From Octopus sinensis (taxonomy: Eukaryota), in contig NC_042999.1 in the NCBI RefSeq assembly GCF_006345805.1, positions 43,524,001 through 43,588,000 of the forward strand: 64,000 nucleotides of DNA. The letters run 5' to 3'. Under the pieces are notes generated by a model. That model had not been told where the DNA came from, did not search any database, and saw only the letters and a program-made list of their open reading frames with translations. Below are positions 63,929 through 64,000 of this stretch, one piece after another. Position 1 is the first letter of the stretch. Each line of letters opens with the position of its first letter. A program made the position numbers and the translations under genes.

Positions 63929-64000
63929 ATGTGTAAATAATCTTTGTTTAATTCTAAATGTTCATTTTTCCATGGTTGCATGAATCAGACAAAATTCCTT

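Overview
This is eukaryotic, AT-rich, repeat-saturated genomic DNA. The SINE/LINE families and (TA)n/(TAA)n microsatellite load are those I associate with octopus genomes (inference). There are no prokaryote-type genes, CRISPR arrays, rRNA or true tRNA genes, and no host gene could be identified with confidence. Only candidate exons are seen: plus-strand microexons, a minus-strand hydrophobic exon set at 17-20 kb and a GC-rich island at 61.8 kb. Most ORF-track entries are microsatellite or SINE translation artefacts. Recognisable elements are four tRNA-derived SINE families, RTE, CR1, Tx1/L1 and R4/Dong-type LINE remnants, Penelope-like element (PLE) remnants, a full-length dead mariner, Merlin-like, piggyBac-like and Tc1-like MITEs, and Helitron pieces. 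The most striking hidden signal is about 13 minimal type I hammerhead ribozyme (HHR) motifs from about 9 unrelated sequence families. They lie on both strands in short PLE-terminal fragments, mostly in or next to (TA)n tracts, and nearly all have a palindromic or near-palindromic stem III. Some have variant cores or 60-75 nt stem II extensions, and one forms an inverted foldback pair. A short RTE-like derivative at 46.1 kb begins with a nested double pseudoknot in HDV-ribozyme order. Many long inverted repeats could form dsRNA.
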